Origin: Paraphysomonas bandaiensis
Taxonomy: Eukaryota > Protista > Chrysophyceae
Direction of reading: 5' to 3'
Assembly (NCBI GenBank): GCA_965644295.1
Contig: CBFFRP010000333.1
Span: 64,538-128,537 of the forward strand
Length of the DNA stretch: 64,000 nt
Under the pieces are notes generated by a model. That model did no database searches. It was not told the origin of the DNA and was given only the letters and a program-made list of their open reading frames with translations. Every line of letters starts with the position of its first letter. The stretch's first letter is position 1. The position numbers and the translations under genes were made by a program. Shown here in pieces: positions 26,001 to 38,540 of the stretch.

Positions 26001-27687
26001 TTATAGGATTGCCCCAGAAAGTCACCTGAACAGAAGCCAGTCGAGAGTGGGCCAAAAAATGAGTCATTGGTTCGCTAAGCGTATCCGCAAATACCAGTAT
26101 GTCCAGTTGCAAATCGCATATTTGGTTCACAGCGTTCATGTGCTCTAAGTGAATGTATAACACTCGGTCTGCAAAGTTTTCGATGAAAGGCGAGAGTATC
26201 TTTCCATCAGTAAGCACGACCGGTAAAGCGATGACCTCGAAGTGCGATCGTGGAAGGTATCTAATGACACCATCTAGAAGCATACCGTGGGGTTCAAAAA
26301 CCCCAAAATATTTAGATATAAATCCTACTCGCACACGCCGCTGCAGAGTTGACAAGGTAGTTGACCGGTATGGCTGCACAATTTCACTTTGCTTGACGTC
26401 AGTGACAGAGGGGTGCAGAAGATGTGGAGCAATCTTAGAGAAATTTCGAATGTTTAACTGATACGCAGCTGCGATGAGTTCTTGTATTGGCCGGTCATTG
26501 AGGCCGTGATAAACTAAGTAGAAATGAATCCGATCTAATGACGAGTCCAGAAGCTGATAATAACCCTTTTCTGGTACTGGTAATTTGAGAAGCTCAAGAA
26601 GACGCTTTATCATTCTGTCACGTTCTGTCATCATATGCTCCCACGACTGCGCAACAGGAGATAGGAGGGTTGCAATACGCACTTCGATCATTCTCGCATG
26701 GTTACTGATGTTTACCGCACGTGCCAACAACTTTTCGGCTTCGTCCATAAGTCCCTCATCCTGGTAGTAGGATGCTAGATTTATCAGGGCATTTTCCATG
26801 TACGGATCTAATTGAAGAGACCGTTGGAGCATTTCAACTCCCCTTTCCACGACATTCATCAACAATAGAAGACTACCGTAATTGTTCAGGAATCCAGCTT
26901 CATCTTGCTTCGTCTCATACACGAGACCATAAATATGACTCGCCTGCTTGAAATCCCCTAGTGCCTGGTACACTGCCCCCAGGTTAATATATGCTGGGGA
27001 ATAGTCAGGGTGCATTCTAATAATACTATCATACACAATGCGAGCTTCGTCAAACATACTCTGGTAGTGATATGCCAATCCTAGATTGAAAGCGACCATG
27101 CGCTCACTAGGAAACTCCTGCAACGCTGGTACACCGAGCTCAACAGCTTCAGGATACATTCGCAGCAGGCACAAATGCTCCAGTGCCTTCGCCCAACCCA
27201 CATTGGCATTCTCTCCAAATGATTGTGCCGCTTTGCGAAAGCAATTAAGTGCATCCGCTCTTCGTTCCATTGACATGTACAACACTCCAGCTGTAAAGTG
27301 CACATTAAATGAATTGATACCATTAGCAATCGCTTGATGATAAATACGCTCTGCTTCAAGAAGAGTGCCACTCTGTCGTAGAGACTCCATATAGTTCGCG
27401 ACTGTCTCTGTATTGGACCATCCCCCATTATCCAGTGCTATTTTTAAATACTGTGTGGCTAAACCTGGCTGTTGACTAAGAGTATAAACTGATCCTAGAA
27501 CTCCATTTGCATTGGCATTATTAGGCTCGTACTGAAGTGCTTCTAGTATATGTTTCTCAGCGGAATTGAGGTCATTCTCTGCTGCATATCTGAGAGCACT
27601 CTTATAGTGGAATAAGAACTCATTCTCAGCCACACACACCCATAACACACACAGATATAACACAGATGATATCCATATAACAGTCAT
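23082..27687 (-). CDS. Signal peptide + TPR + GT41 (SPY/OGT/HMW1C-like) glycosyltransferase + TPR + C-terminal putative GT-A-like domain, about 7 exons
   Basis: Hydrophobic N-terminus, then TPRs. GT41 motifs RVGFIS, RLASVQVTFWGNPITSG..DYFIS, QSVFKIHP, PFPFDG..T..GVPFITL..RGRMG. Downstream exons splice in frame to ANSDIYFDESL..DSQDAWIF..LGAPRCDNRIA. Confidence 0.82.
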
Positions 27688-27868
27688 TGCACTAGGGAAG
27701 ATTATATGGGAGTGTTCTACTGCACAGAGGCTATAAATATGAGCATATCTGATCTGTTCGACAGCTCAGAGCACAGCAGTGTGATGAACGCACGAGGCTG
27801 CCATAAACCAACTGTGCAGACATACGCAATATACGGACTGTATTCCAGTCCTAGACATCAAAAAAAAT

Positions 27869-27940
27869 TTCCCGATCCGGGAATTGAACCCGGGTCTCAG
27901 CCTTGAGAGGGCTATATCCTAACCACTGGACTAATCGGGA
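27869..27940 (-). tRNA. tRNA-Glu(CTC)
   Basis: Reverse complement TCCCGATTAGTCCAGTGGTTAGGATATAGCCCT-CTC-AAGGCTGAGACCCGGGTTCAATTCCCGGATCGGGAA. An oligo-T terminator follows (A-run 27859-27867). Confidence 0.96.
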
Positions 27941-28984
27941 CATCCGACTGATGGTTACATAAAATATTGAAAATATAAATGAAAAGTACTTCTATGAGTT
28001 GTATGTATGAGCACTATGCACTATGTATATGATATCTAGATATGATTGTGACAGATATCCTCATTCAGGGTTATCACCACTGCTATTGCCCCTATCGCAT
28101 TAATTGCCTTATTAGCAGGGTGTAATGAGAGGTATCAGGACGCGTGTATGTATTAGTGCTGTTATCACATGAAAGTCCGCTGCCTCGTTGACATGGTAGA
28201 CTCGGTCTTTGCATCGGTCTTTGCATCATAACTTATCGTCAAGACTCTTTAAATATGGCATAAATATCAAAACTCAATATGCGGTGCAGGATGAGGTGTC
28301 AAAATCAGCATGAGGGTATGCGTATCTGGGGTTGACTAATCAGCCTTCACACTCATGTCTGAATCCCGATTGCTTAATTCACGATATCAAGATACATTCA
28401 ACATTTCGTAATTTCTGTGTGTACTGCGTAGTATTGTGAAGTAGTGTTTCGAATGATATTATATAAAGCTTATACGGATTAATTCCTCTGTGCGTATTAT
28501 CGCACAAAAGTTTTCACCAGTTCAGTGTCGTATCAGAAACCAACTGGAAGAGTGTTTGTATACACGGAGTAGGTACATCTTGTCCATTAATTGCATACAA
28601 GTATGTGTGCTGTATACTGTACATATTATATAGTACTAAATAGCAATGGGGAAGTGATTTGTGCATCGCATTCATGCGACGTTTGAGAATCGGAATTACT
28701 AGATTAGGTGTAGGGATTTTTATGCGTTCGATTCTGCCGCTGAATATTTTCCACTAAGGCGAAATAGCAGCAATATATGATCGACCGTATACTACTTTGT
28801 TATTTTCTATAGACAGTACTTGTTTCGTGGTGTTTGTAATACATACTAAATACCCTTAAGTTATTATTCCTTCAAGTAGTACAGAAGAGAAACGCTAGAT
28901 TGAACTCACAGTACTTCAAGTAAATCTATAGATTATACAGATGGCACCCGTTACTTCGAATAACTATGATCTTTCATAGTAGTT

Positions 28985-30426
28985 CTATGAACATAAACTG
29001 TGGAAAACAAAATCAGTTTCATCCATGATGATGCTATAAACTAATAGACATAGCGCACAAACGAGCACCCCAACAAGGGCAAATATCGTGAGACTAGGCC
29101 GATTGAAGTAGTATGTGAGTATTATCGTCATTTTCCTTCCTGTAAAGCCACCAACCAGACCAATACCCATCATCCAAGCAGCGTAAGTCCATTGCATGTC
29201 TCCTTTCACTGTGTACATGAGCACACTCGATGCAGAAACGAACATGGACAGGACAGATGTCGTGGCAGAGCATACCTGGGGGAGAACGCCCATACTGAGT
29301 AGTAATGGACCCATAAGCTCTCCCCCACCTATGCCGAGGAGAGAACACAAGCATCCTACAATGAATGTGATGCAAGGAGGTAGGAACGAAGCCTAAAAAG
29401 CCAATAAGTGGAAAAAATCTTTGATGATTACGTACGGCCTACCTCACTCCAGTTGATATCTGATTCAAGTCGGGATATAGGGTGAGACTCCTGCTTCCTA
29501 AGATAGAAGACTTACTACATTCCATCCAATCCTCATATATGTACATTAACGCAGTCGCTCTTTGTCAGGTTTTACAGTAAAATTGCTTACCTCCGCACGT
29601 AGATGAGCCCGCCACAACTAACAGCTATGAGAACTGGATACATGGCTCCAAGTACAGTGTAGTACTTCCAAGAGCATTGGGAATAAGTGTGCATGAGAAT
29701 GATCATTGTTGCAGAGTAACTCCAGAGTACCAATAGTGTGTTGATAATATCCCACGGAATAACAAGAGCGTGTAGAAGTATTTCGCGAGATACTTGCATG
29801 CTCATAGCTTGTTCAGCCAATATATCGAATTCATCCTTGTTAACACTTATTGTGGGTAAGCAGTTAGTAGTGTCTTCATTTACTTTATGGGAAATAAGGA
29901 ATCGTGTGCCACTGATAGCACACTCACTGCCAGTGGACAAGCTGTCCTCAATATCGGTCACCTTTTCATTCAGCTCCTCCTGCATAAGGGGCTGTCGCAG
30001 TGCAACTAACTCCGATGTTTCGCGCTTCCAACGAACCAAACCTTTCTGTAGTGTCTTCAAACCGGCAAAACAGAGGGTGATCATTGCCAGTACCATCAGA
30101 ACAGTTTTAGGAGCAACGGAGGCGATAATCACTCCAATACTAGAACCCCCTAACTGAGCTGGGAGAAGTACTAAAATAGCATCCCAGTAGATAAGCGGCC
30201 TCGCCAAATCATATGGATGACGAGAATTGTAGTTTAGTGAGAACTGAGCTAGAATGTTTCCAAACACCGCACACAGAGACAATACAACAGCTTTGGAAAA
30301 ACTAAAACCAAAAATAACTATTAGCACTGGCAGACACAGACCCCCGCCACCTATACCAGCAGAAGAAGCGAGTGTTGCGCTGAAGAATAGAGCAATACTT
30401 CCACCAATCTCTCCTGCAGGAGTCAT
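28985..30426 (-). CDS. Sulfite exporter TauE/SafE (TSUP) family membrane protein; start uncertain
   Basis: Two GIGGG motifs (ASSAGIGGGGL and SLLGIGGGELMGP), PLIYWD..LVLLP, SATTS and multiple TM helices. Confidence 0.88.
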
Positions 30427-32268
30427 ATGTTCCCTGTCTAAGCCAGCAGTGGTTTGTATGTGTATATAATATACTTGCACTATTTGTTTGGTCAACTGCC
30501 AGATAAATGCCCATTTCTTACCATCCACTCTCCCAACATCACCTTCATACCAGATTCTTGCAGCTCTATTAGAGATGGGTGTCTGTCCAGTTCTTCACTC
30601 AAACCACGTGTTTAGAATAGAAGGCCTGCTGGTAGATATGTACAACTGTATACTGCATACCGCCGTACACTGCTATATGGCACGGCACTGTATTCCAGCA
30701 CCGTATAATGCGGTTATCTCGACTCTTCCAATCAGAGCAGAGGAGACAGCACCAGCAGCACAGAAGGGATGTGCCAATGTGTGTGTTGTGTACATAATGT
30801 GGACACTGGCATACTGCATCCAGATAACACACTATCTATGAATATAGAGGTTGATAGCGAGTGAAACATTAAAATGGTGTCTGGCTGATAGAGTAACGAT
30901 GAACAAAACACTCTGACAAGCCAGAAAGGTGAGCACCTAGAGTAACTTATATCATGAACATGCTCAGTGTAATATAAATTGAGTGCAAGTGATGGACATA
31001 TCGCGGATGGACCTCGAAGACTGTCCAGATGAAGCTATGTGTTCAGTCTTCGGACTCATCAGTATCACGATTTGGGCTTCGGCTAATGGGTGAGGGTATT
31101 ACCAGCGGAAAAAAATTCCGACGCATGGAATGTATTCTGGGGAACAGAGTTCAACCAGACGGAAACATGTATGCATGGATGATATAGGAGTATTAGATAT
31201 TCAAAAACCTGTATTATATGATAGCAGTAAAAAATAATAGTTGACACAGAAATAGTGAAGCCGCAATGGAGTTTATCGGTGTGGTGAATGCGAAGGAAGA
31301 ACAGCTGAAAACCACAAAGAATGAGGTTAACAAATTTTTGTTTTTATGGAAGATATCGTAGTAGTAATTATGAAGACTCTCTTGTTTATGCTCGAGTACT
31401 AGTTCGAAGTGATAAGATGATGAGATAGTGAGGAGAACAATGAGGAGATAGGACCCAAGTAGGAACGTGGGATGAGGGTGATCGGATTGGAGAAGAATAC
31501 AATAGTATAAAATATAAACCAATGCTCTCACGGTTAAGAAGCAGAACAGTTGCTAAGCAAGATATAAGAGAAGAAATGTGTATTTGATCCCTGCAGAAAA
31601 GATACTAAATTTGGTAAAGGCGTCAAGAATAGACAATAGACACTGTATACACTACACGGTACAGAAGAATACGAAGAACGGGAAAGGCTCAACGCTAATA
31701 AGTAAAATTGACGACCCTCAAAAAGTGCACGGGCACTGGCAGCTACACCGTTTCAATATATGGTGCAGTAAAGGCGGGATGAATAGCTGAGAAAGTGGAA
31801 TGACGATTAGGTAAAGGGAAGTGTCACTGATGCAATAATATATGAAAGTGTAACTAGTAACTAATGTTGAGGACATATATTTTGCAAGGGAACCAACTAG
31901 AGGTTTATAGTCGTCATATATGGACAATTAATCTGATCATATATCATATTCTGACACTTCAAGTTATAAGTATATGGTAATAAGAAGCGAGATAGCGGTT
32001 GAATTTGTTTGCCTAGATGAGGTCAAATCTCGGTGTATAGTTATACTCAACACTAGGAGTTAATATCACAGTTTAGAGCTATATCTTTCTCATATTACAT
32101 CTATATAATTTCAGAATTATCGGTCCGAATGTTGTTATTTCATTTCAGTGAAGTAGAATTTCTAAAAAGCTATGCGGACAAAGTAATACACACTAGTTGG
32201 CATGAGCAAGTTGACAAGAGAAATTCACAAAACGATATCAGTAGTACTGTACGCCAACTGGTAATAGA

Positions 32269-34788
32269 CTAATATCCAAAGACACACTGCATGATCTGTA
32301 AACAAAATGTGAGTATTGCTCATGAATATGTACATAATACAACCTTAAGGACAAACTGGATGCACAGTGCGAAGATAAGGAGGATGGTTATGATCACAGG
32401 GCCCATTGGGTCATCCCATCTACACAGCGACTACGCGTCACAACATAATAAGCCCGAAATATAATTCCAACCTAGTAGAATCGCGGTTTCGAATCTTACT
32501 ACTCCTCCACAGGTACGTGTTGAGTGGGTACACAATAAATAGTAAAGCTATTGGGAGAAGAATGAGGGCGTAAATTTGCACTTGACCTACAAACCATGTT
32601 ATGTGTACAACTGTGGGTATACAAAAACACGTACTGTCTGTTGGGGAAAAGGCAAGCACTCCAGTGGAGGCAGCGGACAGCATTACTGCCATATGAAGCC
32701 ACTTCACAAATGTCCGTTCGTTCGCGAAAAATAGCTTTGGCTCAACCTTCGTGTAAATCAGATTAATATATAGCATATTCCATAAACCGATACCTTTTGA
32801 GGAGTCAATTTCATGTGATCATCCATCTCAGTAGCCCACTCACAACAGAAAAATGACTGAGGAAACTTGAAGCATTCATATTCCATGCATCCAAACCACT
32901 CCGTATCATCCCTATTCAAGTCTTCACTAGGGAGACGTGTAGGAACTACGCCAGTCTGAGATGACGGTGGAGTGCGAGGTACAAACTTCGGCGGCTGTAC
33001 CTTTGGTTTCCCATCCTTTCCGTGTGGAATAAGGTGGGAGTAATGCTGGTTTGCACCAGTGGGCTTCTCCAATATATGTGCCGCACCAGAAGAAATGATA
33101 CTGCTCGCAAGTGTGGGATCATCGATCCAGTAAGGAACTGCTTGTACGTCTTCCGGCATAAGAGTTGCACACCCGTGGATAAACTTCGAAAATTTATGTA
33201 CTTGCATAAGCATGCCAGACTCAATCAATTCTGTAACCCACTCGGGGGTTGAGTTTTCGCCTTCTAACTGAAGCTTAATTTCCAGTACAGCGTGAGGAAA
33301 TCGAGTAATTTCATCCTTAGGGACAGGCGTAGACGGGTCGCGATACCACCGTGAGCCACTTATCACCTCTTCCGTTCTCTCGCATATCATGCACAGATTT
33401 GTGTCAAGAGACACTCTCACAGTTGCATCAAAAGGAATCTGGAAGGCTGTGCGCATGTATTGAGTACGCATCGTGGGCTCTAGCTGCTTTGAATTGATCG
33501 CCTGCTTGACCTCTTCCACCAGTAGACTGTAATCAGCAATATCTTGCTCACTCTTACCCTTGGCAGCCATACGCTCCTGTTCCGCGCGTAAATCGAAATC
33601 TCCTCGCAATATACTCGGAACTTGGGTCTCATTCACAATAAACCGTTCCTTTACACTAACTTCCCCAGCCCAACTCTCCCGATGCGTCTTTCGCTCCACG
33701 AACACCGTCTCAGGAGTACTGGTTCCGTACCATCGCATGCGCAAGGCAATAGCGCCAGGGGTCTTGTCCAGTCTCCCATGGTACAACTCCAGTTTACGGT
33801 TATCAAGATAGACTGAGTTTACTAACTGGGCGTCGGTTTCACCTGACAACATGTCCTTTTGAAGGAAGACAGGGAGGTGTTGCAGAACAATGTACTTTAC
33901 GCGGCTAATATTCTCCGTGTGAACCCAATACTTTGTTGTCGACCGGACAAAGTCCTATACACGGTTTTAGATATGACAGAAGCATGTATGAGTAAGATAA
34001 GGTGCATACACTTCTTTGGTGTCATATTTAACAGTTTCATCATGTACTGATTCATAATCTCGTTATGTTACCTGCTTCTCTGATTCCTGGTTTGCGGCTT
34101 CTTCGTCCCCTCGAATCGAGCTGTACAAACTACTCATCTTGACGATGATATCGGAATAGTCCCCGCGAACCCAGCGCTGATCATGAAGACGATTAATATA
34201 GAAAGCTTTACAAGGGTTCGGGAGACGCTTATCATGCTTCTTCAATATTTTGTGAAATGCAGTGAAATTCAAATTCACAAATTTCTCTAGTTTTAGAAAG
34301 TTCTCAGCCACTTCATCAACCTGTGTGTACAATAAGATAGTATACTTAAAAAGAAAGTGGGAAGTAAAGCGTACCTCATGTTGAAGTGCAACAAGTGCTT
34401 CGTCGTCCATGTTGTCGATATCCTTTTGCTCACAGCGTTGTAGTGTGGCACGAATATCAGCTACCTATATGCCACCACAGTTACATGATGTACGAATGAA
34501 CACAAAAAAAATATCTATCACCATCTTCGCAGTAAAAGTTTCGATCTTCTTCATTTCGTCTTCTATCATAGTGAAGAAACTCTCCTGTGTGACATTACTA
34601 GCAGGGGCAGGTACTCCCGCAGCATTGGTAGGTCTCGCCACACTAAGAGATGTCCCCACACCAGGTTTAGGTGAGGCGATATCAACACTTTGAAGTGACT
34701 TGATGACTTTCTTCAGGTAATCATAGTCGACATACATAGCCTCCCATCCTGGCTCTTTATTCTCACTTAAATACAAGCCAAACTTCAT
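32269..34788 (-). CDS. VTC4: Vacuolar transporter chaperone polyphosphate polymerase (SPX-VTC-DUF202)
   Basis: MKFG..YVDYDYLKK and LNFTAFHKILKKHDK (SPX). SVYLDN, RMRWYG, FVERKTHRE, RVSLDTNL, AVLEIKL, KFSKFIHG (VTC). VEPKLFFANERTF (DUF202). Stop at 32269-32271. Confidence 0.95.
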
Positions 34789-35607
34789 ATCCCAAACGGC
34801 AGACGAGACTGAGGGTCTTGCAGGGTGTGAGGGTCAGGAAATAATGAGATTAAATATTACTCGTGTTGAGGGTAGCACTTGGAGTGCTGTGTGTGGTTTG
34901 TGGCCTGTTTGTTGTAATGTTTTGTGTTGATTGTTGAGGTATATATGCACAGCACGTATCTCAGTGTATATACGTATCATGCCCACATATGTGCACTCAA
35001 TCATCCATCCACTGCACTGTACACTCTGCCTATGGTATAGTTGTACAGTGCATACTGCTCTGCTGTACGCCACGGATGCATAAATCCTACGCATCATCCC
35101 ATACCATACATATCCCGATATGCTGCAGTGGCCATGCAATTGTATGTTGTATACTGGTATACGTGGTATAGGTATACGGTATACGTATACATACACCTGG
35201 TGTTGAACCTCAACCCACACCTTCAACATCTAGCACTGTATTGCCATTATACCGCTCTGTATTACTACGCTGTTGTACACCACTCTGTCCTCTTGAAATA
35301 CAATGTATACTGTACAGTACAGTTGTATTATATCCTCTAAAAACGGTTGAGTGTATGCGTGTATGTGTACGAGTCGCAGCAGTGTATGAGACATGCTCGC
35401 TCTGATGCACATCACTTAACGAGGTGAATACTAACCTACTGGGACCATCTTTCATACGAATGGACCGTTTCATAAATATACGAAGAGGGCTTGCAAGATA
35501 ATTCTAACCAGTGAGGTCTGTGATGAGGAGTACAACCGTCAGTCGTATTGTGATGGAGTAAATCTGTCCAGTGTGGCTTCAAGTAGATATTATCTGTATT
35601 CGGTGGG

Positions 35608-37929
35608 ATGAATATCCAAACAGAAGATATCAATAAACGTCCGGAGAGAGTTCGAATATATGAATACTCGAAAGACTGGACTGCTCATGATTTTTATGGA
35701 AAATATCACCTCGCCCGTGTGCGTAATCCAGCACCAGTGCCAGGAACGCAAATGTTATTGGACCAAGAACACAAAGCGAAGAAAGAAGCTGATATTAAAC
35801 GATTCGAAGCCGAAACAGAAGCACGCATATTAGCCACTCGAAAACGCCTGCATCTAAAAGATAAAAGCGCTAAGTTTACCACCCGAGTACATGTTCACAC
35901 TGTAATCGGTGAACCTTCCGAGCAAGCAGAAAATGTTATCCAAGAAAACGAGGACATTGCTACCACGAAGATTGTTTTCCCTGATTCTAAAGTGCAAATA
36001 TCTCGTTTTATGAAGAATATTTCACTGGGGCGTGCTCATTATGTGAGTTTCGCTATAACGACAGGTTATAAGTCGGTTAATTGGCAGGAACCAACGCAAT
36101 TAGGTTATACGGCTCTGCATATTGCCACCTCTAAGGGTTATGCTGATGTTGCCGAAGAGCTTCTTAAATATGGTGCTGATCCCAATATTCGAAGTGGAAT
36201 TGGAAATTTTCCGATACACGACTCGTGGAATTTTTGGCGACTACCGGCTGATAGAAAAGAGCGAGAGTTACAAGAGGAGAGAACGTGCGAAGTATTACGA
36301 GTGCTGTGCAAGTACAACGCCAATGCTGACGGGCCAATGAATGATGGAAACACAGCACTACATATTGCAGCTCAAAAAGGGCCAGTTAAAGCAGTACGTG
36401 TTCTTTTAGGGTTTAAAGCTGACCACTACCAACGAAATAAAGATGGAAGGACTCCGATGGATGTGGCCGCGGATTGCGGAAACGATGAAATTCTTCGACT
36501 CCTGAATTTTTGGGATGGAATAAAATCACAAATGGTAAATGTCGACTTCGTGATACAGTGGCAGCATTTTTTGAAGGACTATGAAGCCGTAATATCCTCA
36601 GGCGCTGATATGTCTGTTGAAAAGATTATGTTTCAATTAAATATGCAAGAAAATATGCGCCTACAAAACATGACAGATATAACGAAGTTCAAAGTTGACG
36701 ATAAACACCTGTTGCAATGCAAGCGGGAGAATCTGCTACATCAAAAGATGAAAAATCGTGAAGCTGCTATGAGAATTGCGGATGAAGAGGCTAAAGAGGA
36801 TGAGAATGTTGTGGTAGTTGAACCTGGAAGCTGGCAGAGTCTGATTGCAACTGGCCCGAAAAAATTTAAATCTAAACGACGAAATATGACTCCAGTGCAG
36901 GAATACTATCACTCGCTCATAGATAGGAATAAGCCCCCTTTGCCTAGTATCTCTCAAATTGATCAGAACAAAGCAGATAGAGCAGAAGTAAGAGCTATTG
37001 AGGACGGTATTGATGTGGAATCTAGTTGTTCTGGTAAGAAAGGTGGGGATGAAGAGGGAGACTCACAGACTAATGAAAATGGGAAAGGCGAAGAATTTTC
37101 TCGTCCTAAAAGTAAACTTGAACGAAGACGACTTCGAATGGCTGGTAAAGTCGCATTGGATGCAAAATTTGAGTTGTTCACAGCTCGGCCATGCACTGCT
37201 TCTGCATTAAGTCTCTCGCGACGTGTAAATGATGCACCGCTAAAGGGTACGCCAGAGGAGTTCTCTCTGAGTCGGTACCTTACCACTCCCAACCGTACTA
37301 GGCAATTAATAGTTGATGGTCAACGAGCAGAGTCTCAAACGAAATCTGTCAAGAAGCAGATCACTCAAACAACAGTGTCAAAGCGAATTGTCAATCACCT
37401 TGGGTCGTATTGCAAAGCCGCAGATGCGATTGCGGATCCTACATACCGTCAGTTATTGTACGATAGGATAGCAGATGATTCGGAAGAGAGTGCGAAAAAG
37501 GAAGCTGCAAACATGCGGGAGGTATCGAATTTTAATAAACTCAATCCAAATAAAATCAACAGCGATTGGAGAGGGACCAAAATAGACATGAATCCAACTG
37601 AGAAACGTTCTCTGTTTGTCTCAAAGGACCTAGTTCCACCACAGAAGGAGTTATCGGCGTTGGCCGAACTAAAGGAAAAGTTAAAAGAAGAGCACGTTCG
37701 TGACGACACATCTTCTGCACAAGATGGCTCTATTAGTGACCAACTTGATGAGTCAAGTTTAGATATTGTAAAAGAGAGGGAACGGGAGAAACTGAAGAAG
37801 GAGAGGCTGGCGAAGAAGAAAGCTCAGTATGGCGAAGGTCGACTTACCTCTACACATAATGTGAAGAAGATAGTTGAAGTTCCGTGGAGTACTGTTAAGA
37901 GTAACTTCAATGTGGCTTTTTCAATGTAG
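35608..37929 (+). CDS. Ankyrin-repeat protein with long charged C-terminus, single exon
   Basis: 773-aa ORF with GYTALHIA..G..LLKYGADPN, GNTALHIAA and DGRTPMDVA. Confidence 0.88.
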   Translation: MNIQTEDINKRPERVRIYEYSKDWTAHDFYGKYHLARVRNPAPVPGTQMLLDQEHKAKKEADIKRFEAETEARILATRKRLHLKDKSAKFTTRVHVHTVIGEPSEQAENVIQENEDIATTKIVFPDSKVQISRFMKNISLGRAHYVSFAITTGYKSVNWQEPTQLGYTALHIATSKGYADVAEELLKYGADPNIRSGIGNFPIHDSWNFWRLPADRKERELQEERTCEVLRVLCKYNANADGPMNDGNTALHIAAQKGPVKAVRVLLGFKADHYQRNKDGRTPMDVAADCGNDEILRLLNFWDGIKSQMVNVDFVIQWQHFLKDYEAVISSGADMSVEKIMFQLNMQENMRLQNMTDITKFKVDDKHLLQCKRENLLHQKMKNREAAMRIADEEAKEDENVVVVEPGSWQSLIATGPKKFKSKRRNMTPVQEYYHSLIDRNKPPLPSISQIDQNKADRAEVRAIEDGIDVESSCSGKKGGDEEGDSQTNENGKGEEFSRPKSKLERRRLRMAGKVALDAKFELFTARPCTASALSLSRRVNDAPLKGTPEEFSLSRYLTTPNRTRQLIVDGQRAESQTKSVKKQITQTTVSKRIVNHLGSYCKAADAIADPTYRQLLYDRIADDSEESAKKEAANMREVSNFNKLNPNKINSDWRGTKIDMNPTEKRSLFVSKDLVPPQKELSALAELKEKLKEEHVRDDTSSAQDGSISDQLDESSLDIVKEREREKLKKERLAKKKAQYGEGRLTSTHNVKKIVEVPWSTVKSNFNVAFSM

Positions 37930-38540
37930 TTTTGTTAGCGGATAAGTGGGTGTGTATAACAATGTATATACTAAGGATTTGGAGTACTTATATTAGACGA
38001 AACCATTTCGGCCTTGGAAGTACAGTACCGAGAAGGACTGTAGTATAGAGTACGTAATATATTGTGTGAAGATTCATCATTTGATGATAGCGATGTATCT
38101 ATAATTAGAGATGTGCGTATTAAAGAAAGAGCTCACAGGCTGATATATGTGTGTTTTCTTTACGCTATTAGTTATACTTGTATCAACTAAATATTAGTAA
38201 TCAATAATCAACGTATCAGTAACATCAGTAACGCTAGTGTGTCACGCGTCGATTACTTATTTGTCTCTTTTAAAGATAAATTGTGATGATATCATAATTT
38301 TTCATCATCGATATTCGATATCACAACGTGAAGAATATCCGAATATCCTTAAAAATAATAACTATATCTCGACCGAGATACACTTGATTTTTAATTAGTG
38401 AGTTTTCTGTATTCTATATTTGGAAGTCACGTAAAATCATTAAGTAATATTGTCACCTGGAGTATGCAGATTGGTCTCGGGATGACGCCATTTAAGAGAT
38501 GTAAATTAAAGTTGTTAATTCCCTTTTCACTACTATTTGC

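Noticed and set aside
31016-31063. Minus-strand CTGATGA-GTC-CGAA-GAC resembling a hammerhead
   Set aside because: It is followed by TGAAC rather than GAAA, and no stems I/III were found. It is better explained as a simple 9-bp inverted repeat.
34834-35473. Y/V/C/H/T-rich ORFs in promoter spacers (also 43689-44111 and 52592-53148)
   Set aside because: By-products of RY-alternating low-complexity DNA.
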